NCBI GenBank assembly: GCA_028534125.1
Contig: CM052817.1
Span: forward strand, 44,270,001-44,334,000
Source: Lama glama
Taxonomy: Eukaryota
Reading direction: 5' to 3'
Length of the DNA stretch: 64,000 nucleotides
Each line of letters opens with the position of its first letter. The stretch's first letter is position 1. Under the pieces are notes generated by a model. It saw only the letters and a list, made by a program, of their open reading frames with translations. It did not search any database and was not told the DNA's origin. Made by a program: the position numbers and the translations under genes. Of the stretch, positions 49,641-62,259 are shown in pieces.

Positions 49641-51011
49641 GACAACTTCCCCCAGCTACCCTCAGAGCCAGGCTGGTGGGTGCTGGAACCTAACTCAGCA
49701 CCATCTGACCCTCCTCTTTCCTCTCATTCTCGCTTTCCCGCTGTTCCGGAATCCTGGCCTGGGAATTCGCCACTGGCAGTCTTTCGTAGCATTCGTTGTC
49801 AGCTGTCCCTACAGGATCTGGATGACTTTGTGGACCAGGAGAGCCACGGCAGTGAGGAGAGCAGCAGTGGACCCAAAGAGTCCCCTGGGGGCTCTGAAGA
49901 AGGGCTGCACGTTGCTCTTGGAGCCTCAGATTGGAGAAGGCTTAGGAATCCAGCTGGAGACCCTTTTCCAAAGGAGGGCAGTTCCAGCAGGGACCCTCAG
50001 GGCCTCAGAAACAGAGGGGATGGTCACAGCTCTCAGCCCGTCCCAACAGGAGCTGGTGGCCTTGCAGGCCACCCCCAGCCTTTGCCCTGGCCAGCGCCCA
50101 AATTAAGGAGATCCCTGAGGAGGAGCTCTAGGGCAGGGAGGGCCGAAGCGTCCTCCTCAGATGAGGAGTGCCTTGAGGAAGATTTGCTGAAAAGGAACCG
50201 ACGCCCACCCCGGTCCAGGAAACCCTCCAAGGCAGGAACAGTGTCCAACCCATGGGTGGATGCCGCTTTGACACCAAAACCTGCAGACATTAAGGCTGCT
50301 TTTGACGAGCGTGGGTGTTCACATAACCCATGGGCCCCTGGAGGGGAGAGGCCTGCAGCCTTGGTCCCCCACAGATCTTCTGATCACAAGTCATCCCTGG
50401 TTCCCCTAGATGCCAGGGAGCATGAATGGATTGTGAAGCTTGCCAGTGGCTCTTGGATTCAGGTGTTGACTTTGTTCTGGGAGGATCCCCAGCTGGCTTT
50501 GCACAAAGACTTTTTGACTGGGTACACTGCCTTGCACTGGATAGCCAAACATGGTGACCTGAGGGCCCTTCAGGACTTGGTGTCGGGTGCACAGAAGGCA
50601 GGGATCGCTCTTGATGTAAATGTGAAGTCCAGTTGTGGGTATACCCCACTCCACCTTGCAGCCATTCATGGCCACCAGGGCATCATCAAATTGCTAGTGC
50701 AAAGGCTGGCGTCTCGTGTGAATATCCGGGACAGCAGTGGGAAGAAGCCGTGGCAGTATCTGACCAGTAATACCTCTGGGGAAATATGGCAGCTCCTGGA
50801 AGCCCCACGGGGCAAGCCCATTTTCCCTGCCTATCCTTTGGTTCGAAACTCTTCCCCCATCAGGAAGGCCAGGAACAGGGATGTATCTAGACATGTCACC
50901 CGAAAGACTTCCCTTGCTGCACTACTCAAAAGTCAGCACAACAAATGGAAGTTGGCCAACCAGTATGAGAAATTCTCCTCTCCAAGGGAGAGAGAAGAGT
51001 ACAGTGACTGA
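48609..51011 (+). CDS. SOWAHB: Ankyrin repeat domain-containing protein SOWAHB (ANKRD56), single exon, 800 aa
   Basis: Uninterrupted 800-codon ORF starting [31 protein letters not shown] (SOWAH-family N-terminus), with ankyrin repeats [12 protein letters not shown] and [12 protein letters not shown]. Strong Kozak (gcgATGG) and an in-frame upstream stop at 48516-48518. Syntenic with SEPTIN11. Confidence 0.96.
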   Translation: MARELSQEALLDFLCQAGGRVTNAALLSHFKSFLRDPDAPPSQHQRRRELFKGFVNSVAAVRQDPDGTKYVVLKRRYRDLLGEEGLQRPSDPPAAAAPAGGAASSAPRSVRGGEQRPPPQQQPRRRRREKEPEEEPAGAAAPAADAGCNGLPASGAREAARGGGGQRGSSRHRAPVPAAAAAAPREGTRCAAAETQGHCCWECLQNGQGGLQGEPLLGGLPDPAITATATVSAEEKPAPAPPAREDRGAPRPHRESVPEEPRPEPAAPLSSPPTVEAAGSRASSVALQSGPASPRDPPELVTPGSLRYSTLQQQQQRTREWVARHPQTPEARDQGPIRAWSVLPDNFPQLPSEPGWWVLEPNSAPSDPPLSSHSRFPAVPESWPGNSPLAVFRSIRCQLSLQDLDDFVDQESHGSEESSSGPKESPGGSEEGLHVALGASDWRRLRNPAGDPFPKEGSSSRDPQGLRNRGDGHSSQPVPTGAGGLAGHPQPLPWPAPKLRRSLRRSSRAGRAEASSSDEECLEEDLLKRNRRPPRSRKPSKAGTVSNPWVDAALTPKPADIKAAFDERGCSHNPWAPGGERPAALVPHRSSDHKSSLVPLDAREHEWIVKLASGSWIQVLTLFWEDPQLALHKDFLTGYTALHWIAKHGDLRALQDLVSGAQKAGIALDVNVKSSCGYTPLHLAAIHGHQGIIKLLVQRLASRVNIRDSSGKKPWQYLTSNTSGEIWQLLEAPRGKPIFPAYPLVRNSSPIRKARNRDVSRHVTRKTSLAALLKSQHNKWKLANQYEKFSSPREREEYSD
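50391..50802 (+). other. SOWAHB: Ankyrin-repeat region of SOWAHB
   Basis: Two canonical G-x-T-[AP]-L-H ankyrin motifs, preceded by [17 protein letters not shown] and followed by [15 protein letters not shown]. Confidence 0.9.
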
Positions 51012-52480
51012 GTGGGCCCCTCTCTCCAATATGCTACCACCACCGCCCATCCTTGAGCTAGTCAGTGAGAGCATTCAGTGGGGAATGGAAAACTTGGCAA
51101 GGAGTTGGTCAAGAGAGAGGTCAAGTGAGATGGCCTACCTAGTGTTTACCTCCCTAGATTGTGTCACACATTCAGGACCTCAGCGGTCTTCCAAGCTTTC
51201 TGACGGCTCAAGTCCTTGGGCCAGTGAAACCTAAACAAGGAGCAGAGGCAGGTGCTTAAAACCCAGGTGTCCTTCCTCTTCCCTAGCCACCAGAGAACCG
51301 GGCACAGCAGGCCACGCTGTTCTCCCAAGCAGCGATCCCAGGCCTTGGCTAGAGAGGGAACAGGTGTCTAACAAGAAGAGAGACAATTCAAGGAATTGAT
51401 GAACCTCAAACAAAATCCTCTCTCTGGCTAGGAGCTCTCTGGCTCCCATTCATTTGGAGAATAAATCTTGGCTTAGAGTGAAAAGCACCAGGTTGGAAAT
51501 CAGATGGCTCCTCTTCTTTTCCTTTTATTTTGGCATTCATATCTGAAATAAAATTGTTGCTGGAGAGTAGAGCTTGATTTAAGAGATTCCTCAGCCCTGT
51601 CCTCAAGTCTTTCTTTGAATGCAACCTATGGTGGCCAATGCCAGAAATGGTTAGTGCATCGTTTCAGAGAAGCATTTGGGTAAGATCCAGTTATGACTGA
51701 CATTCAGGCCCTACATAAAAAAAAAAAAATCAACCTGAGGGGAACTTTCCAAATGTAAAAACTGCGTGTCTCATTTGCAGAATGACTGAAACATCTTTCA
51801 TGGAAACTCCCTGTGTAACAAAGAGCAGAATTAGCATTAGCAGTTTTCACTAAGTTTGAATGGCCCACGTTCATACTCTTGAAAAGAGAGAGATGGTTTG
51901 TTCCGGGGGAAGCAGTAAGGGTTAAGAAGTGAATGCCTCCCCACCAGGAATCTTCTAAGCTGCTAAATATAATTTTATTTGCACTAAACTTGTTGCCAAT
52001 TAAGATTAAATACTAGCCTTGAATTGCTGTATCTCTAGCAGGAAGTTGGTCCTTCTAATTGCTTATGATGGGACTGATCTTTGTGAGTCCATGGAATGAG
52101 AGAATGAATGGCTAGTTTATAAACTACAGTAGAACATCAAGATTTCAGAATGTAAATTCAAAGAGGGCTGAAAAATTAAGTGTCCAAGTGGAAGTAGTTA
52201 ATTATTTATGGAAATGTGCTGTGGCAAAGATGCTGTATTTTAAAACTATTTTTGTGTTCCTTTTGGCTATTTTCCCCCATTAAAATATCAACATATCTTT
52301 GTAACTTACTGTACTTATGCTGACTACTGTTAACTTTCTTCTTTACAAATTTGTGTCTCAGTGAGTGGCAAATATTTTTGTTTCTTTGGAGTTTTACGTA
52401 ATTTTGCTGTTGTAAATATATCCCTGCTCTATTAGAAAACAACAAAAAATAGGCATAATAAATCAAACTGTGGGTTGTTT
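51012..52480 (+). other. SOWAHB: SOWAHB 3' UTR (end approximate)
   Basis: Sequence after the TGA with no repeats I recognise, increasingly AU-rich, ending at an AATAAA with a downstream GU/U-rich tract. Confidence 0.65.
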
Positions 52481-52485
52481 TTCTC
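52457..52485 (+). terminator. Probable main SOWAHB polyadenylation signal
   Basis: AATAAA at 52457-52462 followed by tgtgggttgtttttct. Other AATAAA at 51460-51465 and 51547-51552. Confidence 0.65.
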
Positions 52486-54777
52486 TAAAAAGACAAGAGA
52501 GAAAACTTTGGCAAATCAAATCAAGGAAAAAAGTGACAAGCACAGACGAGGGGAATGGTTAGGAGAGTTGAAATTTTTAAAAATAAAAGTTAAATATCTA
52601 GGCAAATTCTCCTAGGAAAGGGAGTGATTTTCCAAGGGAAAAAAATCATCAAAATGTCAACTTCTTTTAGAAGCCAAAGAATGTTTTTACTTTACATATT
52701 GTTATCATGACATGAATTTATTCAACAAATGTTTTACTTGGTAAAATTTTATAAAGATGAGTGGCACATGACTTCCCCCCTCCTGAAACTTAAAATCTAA
52801 CAAGACGTGTTGTTAATTGATTTATACTCTACCTTGCTCCCAAGCTGTCTTTTGAAACCGCCCTGTATCAGGTATAAGCTTTTAAAATGAGGCAAAGGAT
52901 AAAAAGGTGGTACCAGGAATGAAGAGAAAACAGCTGCAATGCAAGAAAAAAAAGTATTTTTCCAAGTGTCTTAAGTACAAAATCAAGTGCTCCAGTGTAT
53001 TTCAGAGAGAGTCCTTTGGCCTAAAAAAATCAGGGTGGGCTTTTGGGAGGCCAGGCATCTTTTTAAGTGAATGATGCTGGCTTTCCGAAGAAACCAGCTT
53101 TGTTAGAAACCAGCTGTGTTGGTTCTACCACATTCTTGCCTTCTGCTTCAGTGTGTGATTTCCAGAGCACAAGGTTGGCTGATTACTCAATGGTTAGAAC
53201 ACCATCCTGAGTCCCAGGTTCATTCTCACAAGAATCTATCAGGTCCCTCTGACCTTTGTCTACACATCCTATCTATGATGGCAGTCAAGTTTCTTATATG
53301 GTCCACGTGTATGTTGGAAAGGGGTAGCACAGAAGAGGCTGTTGAGAGCAGATTAAAACACAAACCTGATGACATGACCCTTTGGCTCACGTCACAAAGC
53401 ACGGGCTGGGAGCACTGCCAGGCCCAGCCTCCTGCCAGCCACTCCCTGCCACCAACCCCACACTGAGGCCTCACCTGACCCACTGGGGACAAATGCCCTT
53501 ACCCTCCCAGTTTCTGTCTCGGTGCTGAATTCCTTTACCTTCGAATCCCTTTCGCTATTTTCTTGGTGAACTGGCTCTTATTTTTCAAGGGACAGCTCAA
53601 GTGTCTCAGCCTCTATGAAGATTCCAGAGTAAGCACCTCCAGTCCAGAAGACCGATAGCCCCTTCGTCAGAATCTCGAAATGCTAGGTCCATGCCTCACT
53701 TAGAGTTGTTGCCACGTAGTATTTTAGACTGTTTTCTTTTTCCTCGAGACTTTGAATGTCTGGGTATCAGAGAATGTATTTTTCAATTCACCTAAATGTA
53801 GCAGATACTTATGGAGCATCTACTCTGTGACAGACGTAACTCCTGCCTTCGAGAACTCATCGTCTGCTATGAAGGAGAACGTGAGGATGAGGTCACAGAA
53901 AAATAACTTCAGCACAAGAGGTGAGTGGGGAGACTCGGGCATGAAGACCCTGAGGGTGCCGAGAAGGGGATATTTCTGGGGCACTTTCTCTAGACCAGCC
54001 CCTATGTTTATGTTGGAGACACAACATTCAGGAGGATACACATGTTTCCTGCTCTTGTGGTACTTTCTTGGACTGCGGAAGTCGGGATGGTAACATGGAA
54101 CTTAGACAGTCAAGTGGAGAAAAGAGGAAAGAATATTCCAGGAGGAGGAGGAGCAGGAGCGAAGCTGCAGGGTGTGTTTGCAGGATGCTTAGCCGCTCAT
54201 GGTGGTGGGGGATATGTGGTTACTGCTGTGTGGCAGCCTTGAGGTGGTGTGGAGCAAGGTGAAGATGGAAAGAGACTTTTTAAGGTCAGGTTGGAAAAAG
54301 GGTCTTTTGTGATATCAAGAGAAATAGGCATTTTCTAGGAAGCCAGGGATTGTTAAATCTCCTCCAGAAAACCTTAGTGTTATTCCAAACATAGAAGCTT
54401 TCCTGAGGTCTTAATCTGAAGGCAAGAAAATACATAAATAAGTCAAAGAGCTACACAGGATGTACTCCATTTTAAAGTTTCCCTTTCAGATTTTCCTTGT
54501 CTTTGATGTCAATGCTTGTTTGCTAGCTTGTAGGCAATAAAATGATTTAATAAATGACAACTTAATATTAAAGGCAAACATTAGAAACTGGTGATAATCT
54601 TAGCTCAACCCCTTGCTTTACTGTAGATATAGTTGTAAAGTTGTGGATTTTCATCTTATAATTATATGTAGTATCTACCATAGCCTTTTTTTCTGCTAAT
54701 AAAATTGCTTCTGGTTCAACATTTCAGGACGTTGCCCATAGCATGCCATGACTTCCAGATGCTTTGAATCCTCCATA

Positions 54778-54902
54778 AATTTTTTAAAGTAACAACTTTA
54801 TGGAGATAGAGCTCACATCCCATGCAATTCACCTATTTAAAGTGTACAGTTCAATGGTTTTGAGTATATTTACAGAGTTGTGCGACCATCACCACAATAA
54901 AT
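54778..54902 (-). mobile_element. L1MB-like 3' end
   Basis: ttcacctatttaaagtgtacagttcaatggttttgagtatatttacagagttgtgcgaccatcaccac. Confidence 0.8.
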
Positions 54903-55591
54903 TCCTATACGCATCTGAGAACTACTGACGTAGGCAATGGGGAGCCATTGATGGTTTAATGCAGGGAGTGACACATATAGGCTGGGGTAGAACAAAGATT
55001 CCTCTTGCTACAGTAAAGGAGGCAAACTAGAAGCAGAGATCAGTTAAGTTATTGTAGTGTCTTAGTGTCATATTGGAAATTGGGATGTTGACTCAATCAG
55101 CTGGATAAGGTGAATAAGATCAGATGTTTACAATGAGGAAAGAAAATTTTAGTTGGAGAGTTGATAAGGATCAGAAAGGATTAGGTAAGATCCCAAAGGA
55201 TCTCTGTATTTCCTCTCATCTCTAATGCCCTGGTTCAGCAATTAGACCACTTCATGACTGTGATGACGGTCTAGGTTCAAGGTGACACTGATCTAAGAGT
55301 ATAAATTCAGTCTCTGCGCAGGCTGTTTAGCACAGCACTGTTAGTGTGTGTGCTTGTGTTTGCTGACATCAAACAAATGATTAAAAATATGTAATGAAAG
55401 GGTAAGATAGTAGCGTATACAGGCTCATGGCAAGGAGATCATCTCCCTGGGTTCCTGTCACGGCTGGGACAACTTTCAGTTTCTTGATTTTCTTATTTTT
55501 AAGATTTTTTTTAAAGATCAAATGAACTCACACAAAGTCCTTAGAAAATGCATGATATGTAGTGAATCCTCAACAAATGTTAGCTATTATT

Positions 55592-55714
55592 TTTTTTTAA
55601 TTGAAGTATAGTTGATTTACCATGTTGTGTTAGTTTCTGGCTCACAGCACAGTTATACATATATACTCTTTCATATTCTTTTTCATTATAGGTTATTACA
55701 AGATATTGAATGTA
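55592..55714 (-). mobile_element. L1 3' end (artiodactyl type) inserted into a MIR tail
   Basis: ttgaagtatagttgatttac...attataggttattacaagatattgaat. TSD tagctattatt at 55581-55591 and 55715-55725. Confidence 0.88.
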
Positions 55715-56320
55715 TAGCTATTATTATTTTAAATACCTTTCAAAATATACAGTTCACTTTAAATTTCCATCTATGCTGAAGACAAAGAAATTCTCTAGTT
55801 GACTTAAAAGGTGCTACAGGACTGAGATTTGCTGATAAAGCCTAACATTTCTCCTTATGCTTCTACATAAAAAGATGCTCGTGTTTCTCATTTCAAATGA
55901 AAAAGACCATCCAACTATCTCTTGTGTGTAACAATCATGAGCCATCATGGTATGTCATTAAACAGAATTAGGTTTAATTGAAGTCATGTAAACTATTATC
56001 AGTCAAGTTAGCAGCTCTGGTGTAGCCTGGAATTGAAACCCAGGCAGAACTCTGAAGGGGTGGAGGCTTACAGGGAGTTCAGTGTGCATGTATGTAAAGC
56101 TACCATCACTCATGAAATCTGCAATATCTAAGTTCAGCCATGCAGTAACATTACCAAAATTCCACTAACTCGATCAAGATGAAGTCTCACTAGACTGGAT
56201 TAAACATAATCGATAAATTGAAATGTTACTCCTCTTTGGCACAGTACTTCTTGCTTTCTAGCTCCTGTCATGAAATTTTGTGAAAACTGAGTCTGGAACT
56301 ATTTTGCATTCCCTTCTAGG

Positions 56321-56440
56321 ATTTTTGTTTTATTTTGTTTTGAGAGGGGTAATTAGGTTTATTTATTTATTTATTAATGGAGGTGCCAGGACTTGGTGTG
56401 TGCTAAGCACACATTCTGCCACTGCACTGTACCCTACCCC
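56321..56440 (-). mobile_element. tRNA-Ala-derived SINE, long form, diverged
   Basis: ggggtaattaggtttatttatt...aatggaggtgccagg...gctaagcacacattctgccactg...accctacccc. Confidence 0.8.
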
Positions 56441-57725
56441 ACTGGAACCACTTTTCAGCTGTGAGGTATACGCATCATTTACATGGCAGTATCCAATGAA
56501 GATGATCTTTCACACCTATTTTCCCTTCTGATCTTTGTTCTCGGCCAACTGCAACTTTCCGTCAGGACTTGACAGAGGGGTTGAAACTCAAGACTACTTG
56601 CTACTTGTTAAGGTTTTTAAATTATTTGAAATTTTCAAAGATCAGTATTATTGATAGTCTATGTCACTCCAAAACACCCCTCTCCACCACATATGTTCAA
56701 GCATAGATAATGGGGAACTGAATTGGTTATATTTATATTCTTACTCCACAAGATTTATTGTGTTTAGTTAAGATGTCTCCCAGAGTCCTAGGAAGGAAGG
56801 TATCTGCATGAGGCAGCTTGACCGAGTGAGCATGAAAACTCCTAATCTTGAGAGCAGCCTGTGATTCTTTGAGAAAGAGATTATTTCTCTAAACATAGGG
56901 CACAGACAAACACCTACAGGCAGGAGATATTAAGTGCCGCCTGATCATAACCCTATGTCCCTTATATGTGTCACCTTACACGTTCTGTGGTCTCTTGGCT
57001 TCAGGTGTTTTCCTTCTAAAAGCTTTTTCAAGACCACCTGGAAAAGCAGAATGACAGACAGGTGGACAAGTATCACCTGTCAATTCCAGCATTGTGGGCA
57101 CAGGACAGCTCTTATTCTATAAGAGTTAACGTTTTCTCTTTATTGTGGTACACATCTGACTCAGATTCCATTTTGGAGGTCTGTGTGTGGTATTTCCTGA
57201 GGTTCAAAACTCTTTATGTCTTTATTCATTTCCTGTGAGTTGAAAAAAGAAAATCCTTATCCTTTATAAATTTAAAGCCACAGCATCCCGACACTGGCTT
57301 ATGATGGAAATTGACTTTGAAGTAACGAACTATTTGGTGTTCCTAAAAAAAAAAAAGAAGGAAGTTTATATAGAAGTTAAGCAGTGTTTTGTTATGTAGG
57401 ATGGTACCACAATAAATAGTTCCATTATCTGGTAGGTTTGTGAAATGGATTTCTCTGGATAATAAATTATTCTAATTAATAGGAATTTCTCACATGTACT
57501 TCACATGATTAATAGTTTAAGAAAACTGAACTACAATTAAAAATACTCAGCACTAAAACTAAACACAAAGTAATTTATGATTTTGAAAAACCATACAAGA
57601 TCCTTAAGTGCTTTGTGCTTATGATAAATATCAATTATCTTTGCATTTAGATAAAGAACTAAAGTCAGTTGATGAAAAGTTAGGTTCTATAAATTTTATA
57701 TTTATTTTCACATTTTAAAGAATTT

Positions 57726-57815
57726 GGTGGGGGAGCTCAGTGGTAGAGTGCTTGCTTAGCATGCACCAGGTCCTGGGTTTAATCCTCAGTACCACCATGA
57801 AGGAAGGGAGGAAAG
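57726..57815 (+). mobile_element. tRNA-Ala-derived SINE, short form
   Basis: agctcagtggtagagtgcttgcttagcatgcaccaggtcctgggttt. TSD aaagaattt at 57717-57725 and 57816-57824. Confidence 0.85.
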
Positions 57816-59149
57816 AAAGAATTTTTAAATTATACAAATGATACATGTTTATTGTAAAAAAAAAAAGATAATGCTGATAAAGAAATACAGAAGAAGAAAA
57901 TAAAACTGCCCTAATTTCACTAACTTAGGCTAATCACTGGTAATATTTTAGTGTTGTATCATTCCAGAATTTATATCAAAATGAAATCATACTGTTCATC
58001 GTAATTTCCAACCTATTTTATTGTTTAGTATATTGTTATTTTTGCATTTGAATTGGGTATTGTTATTGAGTTCAAGATTAAAAAAAGTTTAGCTCTTCAG
58101 GTGGTTGAATGTGCGGCAGTTCAGAATTCATTTGCAGACCAGACTTTGCTTCATTGTCACGTCCTTTCCACATAGGGCTAGATCCTAAATGTATTAAGTT
58201 TTAAATTATTTTAAAAATCAGTTTTTGCATTCATTTGACTTGAAGCAATGATGTTCTTTTGTTTTTAATCAGCTTTTTTTTTTTTTTTTTGCCCAGTGTT
58301 CTGAGTGCATAACCTTTCAGGCAGGAGGCCCCTCCTCCAGGAAACTGGTTGCCTGCTCCTGCTTGTAGGAAAACAAGAGAGAATTCCCAGCTATGACTGC
58401 CCATCTTACACCTGTAGCTGTTCTGTTTGCTTGTGGGGCAGTGAAGATGTGAGACAGGTGTGGGCCAGATATGATTACTACTTAAAATGAGCTGACCTAC
58501 CAGTATCGTTGGTTTGGTTTTTCTCTTTATTTACTTATTTTGATAGCTAGAACTTCTTTATCATTCAACATAAGAATGGGGAAGGAGAGATAGGAATCTC
58601 AAAGTTTTTTTTCTGATCATATAACTCTTTTATTTAAAGTATTTCCTGAAGATGAAAATTGCTGCTAGTTTTTTTAAATGATACTTTTTAAAAATCAATT
58701 CAAACATAGTTACAAAAGATATAACCTAGGGAGTAATCAGTTCTAATAATTTCCAGTGCCATAAATCCCTTTTAACTTTGGGTTGACTAGTTATAGCCAG
58801 CCTACATATTTTATTTTGCCTTCCATTATGTTCATTAACAGCATACTCCATATATTAAAACAACTTTCCCAGTTTACATTTTTAATAGCCAGAAGGCATA
58901 TCACTATGTTAACATATAATAGTTTGCTTAGCCATTTCTCTCCTCTTTGACATTTGGGTCATTCTCACTATAACAAATAGTAGTGATATATCTTTTTAAA
59001 GATAATTGTGAGGTTCTTTTATTTTTTGCTGGTTTTCCCAGGTGCAGTTTTATAGCTGACATGTATATTTACCGCCTTGTACTTTAGAAGGATTGAGTCA
59101 AATTAAAGTAACACGAGCAAGGGGGTAAAAGAGAAGGATATCTGAATAA

Positions 59150-59358
59150 GTAATAGACTTTAGATAATAATAAATCAATGGTGGTTCATAATTGTAACAA
59201 ATGTATTATACTTATGTAAGATATTACTAATAGGAGAAACTGTGTGTGGGGGTGTGTGTGTGTGAGTATAAGGGGTCATTTTAACTCTGTGCACTATTTG
59301 CTCAGTCTTTCTGTAAATCAAAAGCTGTTCTTAAAAAGCCTATTAATTAAAAAAAAAG
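59150..59358 (+). mobile_element. L1MC-like 3' end
   Basis: aattgtaacaaatgta...ctcagtctttctgtaaatc...ctattaattaaaaaaaaa. Confidence 0.75.
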
Positions 59359-60769
59359 AAGGGGAGTACACAGCAAAGATGGGAAAACATTTACATGGAA
59401 TAGGAGTAGAGGGTAAATAGAGTGTACAGTTTTTCAAATTTCTTAAAGTTTGATTTATTTCAAACTAGAAATTTTTAAAAAATACATAACTGATTATCCC
59501 TTTCTTAAACCACATCTATCCTAAATGCCCACCAATAATTAATCCTGCAATGTCATAAGGGGATGTTATCATTATATAAAAGGTTGGTTCCCGCCAATGG
59601 GAATTTCAAATGGCCTGTTACTAGGCAGATTCCAAGCTCTCCACAACTGGGAAGGGGATAGGGCTGACCAAGGACAACCAGAGGCTGTTTCCTAGCCAGG
59701 TAAATAAAGGTGTGTCGTCCAACAGGTATGTCCCAGCAGCCATTTGAGTTTTAAAGGGGGTATCTTGAGCCTCTGTCCCCTCTGGCAGTGGTTTTCAAAG
59801 GACCCCACATTCCCGATAACTGTTGTCCAGTGCCTCCTTCCTAACCACTCCCCAGCCCCACCAATTTCTTAGAAGTGGCCTTGGGGGCTAGGAAGAGGTG
59901 GGTGTGCACACAGGGACCAACACCTTAGCCTGCAGTTAAAAAAAATTATCAGCAACAGCAGCACAGAACAGTTAACAGCTTTTTTTTCCTTACAAGCTCG
60001 ATTTTGTGGCTCTGACTCCTGACCAATTATTGCATCTTAATTACGTGTCTGCTAGAGAAGTAAGTAGAACTCAGGCTGGTTACAAATGGAATGAAATTCC
60101 CTTTAGAACTAGGTAAAAGCTTCTAGCATAGATTTCTTTTACTTTTCATTGCCGACTCCAAGCAGTTGGACATGTACTTGGCAAGGGCTGGGACTGTGAG
60201 CACATGGAGTATGTGGATGTCCCACTTTCTCGCCTCCAGGGCATCTCTGGGAGAGAGGAATCCGTGCCAGCCAACCAGATTCTCACTGCACTCTCCAAGT
60301 TTCAAGATGATAAAATTACATTGACGTGCAGATGAGATGTTATCATTGTTTGTCCATGTCCAAACAGTGACTGAATAGCAAAGTTTCTTGGAATTAGGAA
60401 AGGTTTTAAGTAGTTCTTTAGCTTGACTTTTATGTTTAACATACCATCAAAGGGGCCAATTTAGAAATGATATAGGTGACTGTTCACCTACTGTGTTACT
60501 GTCCCAAGGCGGCAAGAGACAAGACATTTGTTAAAATTAAAAGCATAGGCGTTTTCTCTATTTTTCTATTTTCTATTTCTTCCTAAGAGCAAGCAAACCA
60601 AGGTGAAGTGCTCTGTAAAACTCCCAGCTTGGCATCGCTGGAGTCCGCTGTGCTGTAGGTTGGCGAACTTTGCGGCATTCATCTTCCAGAGCAGAGCTCA
60701 TTACATTTGGCCGCTTCTGAATTAGAAATAGGTCAAGACCTTAGAAAATACTAGAAAACATGTTTTCTC

Positions 60770-60940
60770 ACATGTGGTCTATGGCTCATTTGCATCATTA
60801 TTTTGCTTGTTAGATAAAAGTGGCTGATGCCTGAACTGCATCCCAGATTTAGCAAATGTGAATCTCTGGGGCCAGAATTGGGGAATCTCTCTTAATCCAG
60901 AGGCTCTGGTAATTATTCTGCTCACTGAAGTTTGAGGATG
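60770..60940. mobile_element. MER5A-like DNA transposon
   Basis: ttttctcacatgtggtc...gaatctctggggccag...ctcactgaagtttgagga. Confidence 0.55.
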
Positions 60941-62259
60941 GGCTTTGCTCTACATTTCTCAGGCATTATGTAATAATTATAAATGTGGAAAATTATAGAT
61001 AAGAGTCTCAGTATTTCCTTGAGTGTTAGAGTTAATTTTCTTAGTTAATTTGGGCTATTTTCTGAATTTCTGAACAGCATTTCATAAAGCATTATAAATC
61101 TCTATCCCTATGCTCTCAAAGTGAAAGTCCTAAACAAAAACATCATCAGAGCTATCCCTTTTAGTCATGTGGGCTTTTAACATTTTTTTCATGTTATTTG
61201 CTTCAATGATTATTGTACTTAAAAATGATTATGATAATAAAATCATATTTAGAATTTGGAAAATAAAATAGAAGAGAAAACCCGTGCACTGCCCCACTGC
61301 ACAAACCATACAGTGTTAGCCATTTGATATATGTCTTATCAGAGGTTTGGGACTTTTTCCCCCTCTTTAGATAGTTGTAGTCATAGCATGTTACAGTTTT
61401 TACTACATTATTCTAGATTCTTCTTGAACATTATTTTTAATATCTGTAGAATTTATGTAGCCATTCCTCTATTACCTATTGAGGGAGCTTGTTTCCAATT
61501 TTTAATTTTTTATGATTAATTCTTCAGGTAAACATTTATGCATAAAACAATTCTGCATTTAGAATTATTTCCGTAGGATTTGCAGAAGTGGAATTACTTG
61601 GTCAAAATGTAGCAGTTGCTTTTTGAAACATTTGTACAGATTAATGCAATTTCAATCTGGGCATAATAAGTGGTCCCTAAATTTTATTCTTAAACACTTA
61701 AAACAATCAGTCACTAAAATAATCATGAATGTTAGTGATACATGTATATGTATGTATATAGAGAGAATATTAGTGATATATATATATGTGTGTGTATATA
61801 TATATATACACACACGTATCTAAACAATTCACTAAGAATCATCCTTCAGTGACAACTTCATAAATCGATTTATGTAGACTTTTAATAGTGGAAGAATTAT
61901 GCAGCAAGTCTTTTGTTGCTTTGAATAGAATATATGCTGTAACTATTGATTCTAACAGGTGCTCACTGCATGCCTCCCAGATGCCAGGCACTGTGCAAGA
62001 GAATAAGGTACACATATTCCCTCTTAACACCCATGGAATTCACAGACTAGGGTGTGCTGGTGGAAAAAGAAATCAACAAGTACAAAATAATATGGTGAGT
62101 GATGAGATAGTATTCTTTATCTCATATTTCAGGGGCTTCTAATTTCATATCAAGCAGTCAGGGAAGGCTTCTTCAAGGAACAATGTCTAAGCCGGGACCT
62201 GAAAAGATGAGTGTACCATGCTAAGGCCTGGCACATTCAAACTATCCCAGGGGCCAATG

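Noticed and set aside
57726..57800. tRNA-Ala(AGC)-like sequence (also at 2960, 22719, 29791, 42305, 46405)
   Set aside because: All have TSDs, A-rich tails and disrupted stems or B boxes, so they are SINEs rather than tRNA genes.
60473..60490. Hairpin taggtga-ctgt-tcaccta
   Set aside because: A 7-bp stem is expected by chance.
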